In this document: in pieces, positions 61,300-64,000 of the stretch
How the letters are laid out: each line of letters begins with the position of its first letter
How positions within the stretch are numbered: position 1 is the first letter of the stretch
Assembly: GCA_036785375.1 (NCBI GenBank)
Contig: JAWMAR010000421.1
Location: 806,001 to 870,000 of the forward strand
DNA: 64,000 nt
DNA from: Leucoraja ocellata
Lineage: Eukaryota
Reading direction: 5' to 3'
Notes under the pieces: model-generated
Told to the model about the DNA's origin: nothing
Seen by the model: the letters and a program-made list of their open reading frames with translations, nothing else
Database searches by the model: none
Program-made: the position numbers and the translations under genes

Positions 61300-62819
61300 C
61301 AGTGCATTCAGAAAGTATTCGGACCCCTTCACTTTTTCCACATTTTGCTACGTTACAGCCATATTTTAAAATGGTTTAAATTATCATTTTTTTTAAAGCA
61401 TCAATCTACACACAACACCCCATAATTAAAAAAAGCAAAAACAAGTGTCTGGAAATGTTTGCAAAGTAATTAAAAATAAATTACTGAAATATCACATGTA
61501 CATAAGTATTCAGACCCTTTACTCAGTACTTTGTGGAGGCACCTTTGGCAGCAATTAAAGCTTCAAGTCTTCTTGGGTATGATGCTACAAGCTTGGCACA
61601 CCTGTATTTGGGTAATTTCTCCCGTTCTTCTCTGCAGATCCTCTCAAGCTCGGTCAGGTTGGTTGGGGAGTGTTGATGCACAGCTATTTTCAGGTCCCTC
61701 CAGAGATGTTCGATCGGGTTCAAGTCCGAGCTCTGGCTGAGCCACTCTAGGACATTCACAGACTTGTCACGAAGCCACTCCTGCGTTGTCTTGGCTGTGT
61801 GCTTTGGGTCGTTGTCCTGTTGGAAGACGAACCTCTGCCCCAGCCTGAGGTCCTGAAAGTTCTGGAGCAGGTTTTCATCAAGGATCCCTCTGTACTTTGC
61901 TCCGTTCATCTTTCCCTCAATCCTAACTAGTCTCCCAGTTCCTGCCACTGAAAAACATCCCCATAGCATGATGCTGCCACCACCATGCTTCACCGAAGGT
62001 ATTGTATTGGCCAGGTGATGAACGGTGCCTGGTTTCCTCCAGACGTGACGCTTGGTATTCAGGCCAAAGAGTTTAATCTTGGTTTCATCAGACCAGAGAA
62101 TCTTGTTTCTCATGCCTTTGCTGAGGAGTGGCTTCCGTCTGGCCATAAAGACGTGATTGGTGGAGTGCTGCAGATATAGTTGTCTTTCTGGACGGTTCTC
62201 CCATCTCTACAGAGGAACTCTGGAGTTCTGTCTGAGTGACCATCTTCATAGAGCTGGGCAGCCAGCTCTATGAAGAGTCCTGGTTGTTCCAAAGTTCTTC
62301 TATTTAAGAATGACGGAGGCCACTGTGCTCTTTGGGACCTGCAATTCTGCCGAAATTGTTTTATACCCTTCCCCAGATCTGTGTCTCGACACAATCCTGT
62401 CTCGGAGGTCTACGGACAATTCCTTCTTCTTCATGGCTTGGTTTTTGCTCTGACATGCACTGTCAACTGTGGGACCTTATATAGACAGGTGTGTGCCTTT
62501 CCAAATCATGTCCCGTCAATTTAATTTACCATTGGTGGACTCCAATCAAGTTATAGAAACATCTCAAGGATAATGAATGGAAACAGGATGAAACGAAGCT
62601 CAATTTTGAGTGTCATGGCAAACTTATGTAAATATGATATTTATGATATTTATTTTTAATTACTTTTCAAAAATTTCTAAACACCAGTTTTCGCTTCATT
62701 CTGGGGTATTGTGTGTAGATTGATGATAAAAAAATGAATTTAATCCATTTTAAAATAAGGCTGAAACGTAACAAAATGTGAAAAACGTGAAGGGGTCTGA
62801 ATACTTTCGGAATGCACTG
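61300..62819 (-). mobile_element. Tc1-family DNA transposon (DD34E), defective
   Basis: TA|CAGTGCATTCAGAAAGTATTC...GAATACTTTCGGAATGCACTG|TA with long TIRs and TA target duplication. Transposase WSDE...QQDND...DLNPIE has 34 residues between D and E. The N-terminal part is frameshifted and internally deleted. Confidence 0.95.
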
Positions 62820-64000
62820 TAAGTCACTGAAACGTGCAAAGTATTAATCAGATTCTTCAATTGCCAACAATGAGATTCTCATTAATATCTAACATTTTGG
62901 CTACTGTGGTAATATTTGCTTTCATGAGAGGCCCGTTGAGCCTGCCCGGCCATACAAGATGATCATGATTGGTGCTACTATCCAACAACTCCATTCGTGC
63001 TGCATTGATCAGGATAATGGTGCTGGACTGGACGGACTTTCTTTATATTAGAGTTAAACAAGCAAGCACCAATCAAATATTTAATGCATTTAAACGTTTC
63101 AGCACTCAATTTGTACAAGTGGTGCACTGGCCTTGTATCTATTAAGGTTGATTTTACCAAATGTTCTGACTCCAGTTGCTTCAGCCATTGCCTGGGATTT
63201 ATGCTCAATCAAAATTCAAGATTCAAGATTCAAGAGAGTTTATTGTTATGTGTCCCAGATAGGACAATGCAATTCTTGCTTTGCTTCAGCACAACAGAAT
63301 ATAGTAGGCATAAATAAATACAGAACAGATCAGTGTGTCCATATACCTCTGGGGTGGGCCGTGGTCACTGCTAACTTTGAGCCAAAATTAATATTAAATG
63401 AAGTAGATGATAGAAAATCAGCAAAATGTATCCATCGTTTGGAGCTGAGCTGCACACAAATCCTGATTCCCATGCATAGATTACAGCTGCTGATTGGTGC
63501 GAGATGAAGTTTGGACAAACTTGACTGTTTGTAGTAACAATAAGACTCATCTAAGGAAGCTTGGCTGTATTTTGTCAATTTATTTTTCAAAGGGACAGGT
63601 TTAGAAAACCTTTTATACAGAAGTTTTCTTCTTAAAGAAACTACAGGGTTGAACTGCCTTTAGCCTCCAGGACCGATCTAGAACATATAAAACTGTATTG
63701 TTTAACAAAGCGTTGCTGTTAGACAAGAACATTGCAGCATAAAAATATTCTATTAGACATCACTTTTGGTGGATTTTCATATTCACAAATCCGATAGTAA
63801 TATCATTGAAGTGTTATTTAATAAGCTAATAAATACAGTAACTTTTCCCATAGGAAATTGACTTTAAACATAAAAAGAGAGATTGCATATTAGCTCTGAT
63901 ATCAAAGTCCTTTGAACTTAGCCCTGACAAATATAGTTTATACAGGCAGCATACCGCTCTGACCCTTCAGTAATACAGCTGCACGTCCTTCTCATGCCGT

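Overview
This is vertebrate genomic DNA, very probably from a cartilaginous fish (skate, ray or shark), judging by its repeats: V-SINE/HE1-like SINEs, CR1, Rex1-like LINEs and Penelope derivatives. It holds two multi-exon genes arranged head-to-head. CILP (cartilage intermediate layer protein 1) is on the minus strand (~22.66 kb down to ~0.6 kb); it has a 1-nt frameshift in its last exon, a candidate extra 69-nt exon, and no exon-3 equivalent that I could locate. SLC24A1/NCKX1 (rod Na+/Ca2+-K+ exchanger) is on the plus strand (37.2-56.8 kb; 9 coding exons, ~819 aa); it has a 10-aa tandem repeat in its extracellular N-terminus and a WW->YL change in a conserved motif. Non-genic highlights are a decayed R2-type retrotransposon outside rDNA, dispersed short Penelope-type elements with minimal hammerhead ribozyme cores (several as foldbacks), a composite non-autonomous Helitron carrying TATA/GC boxes, a defective DD34E Tc1 element, a 1.35-kb G-tract minisatellite and a degenerate 15-bp TAATCCC-like array. 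There is a 345-nt N gap. All family assignments come from motif recognition by eye; no database search was run.
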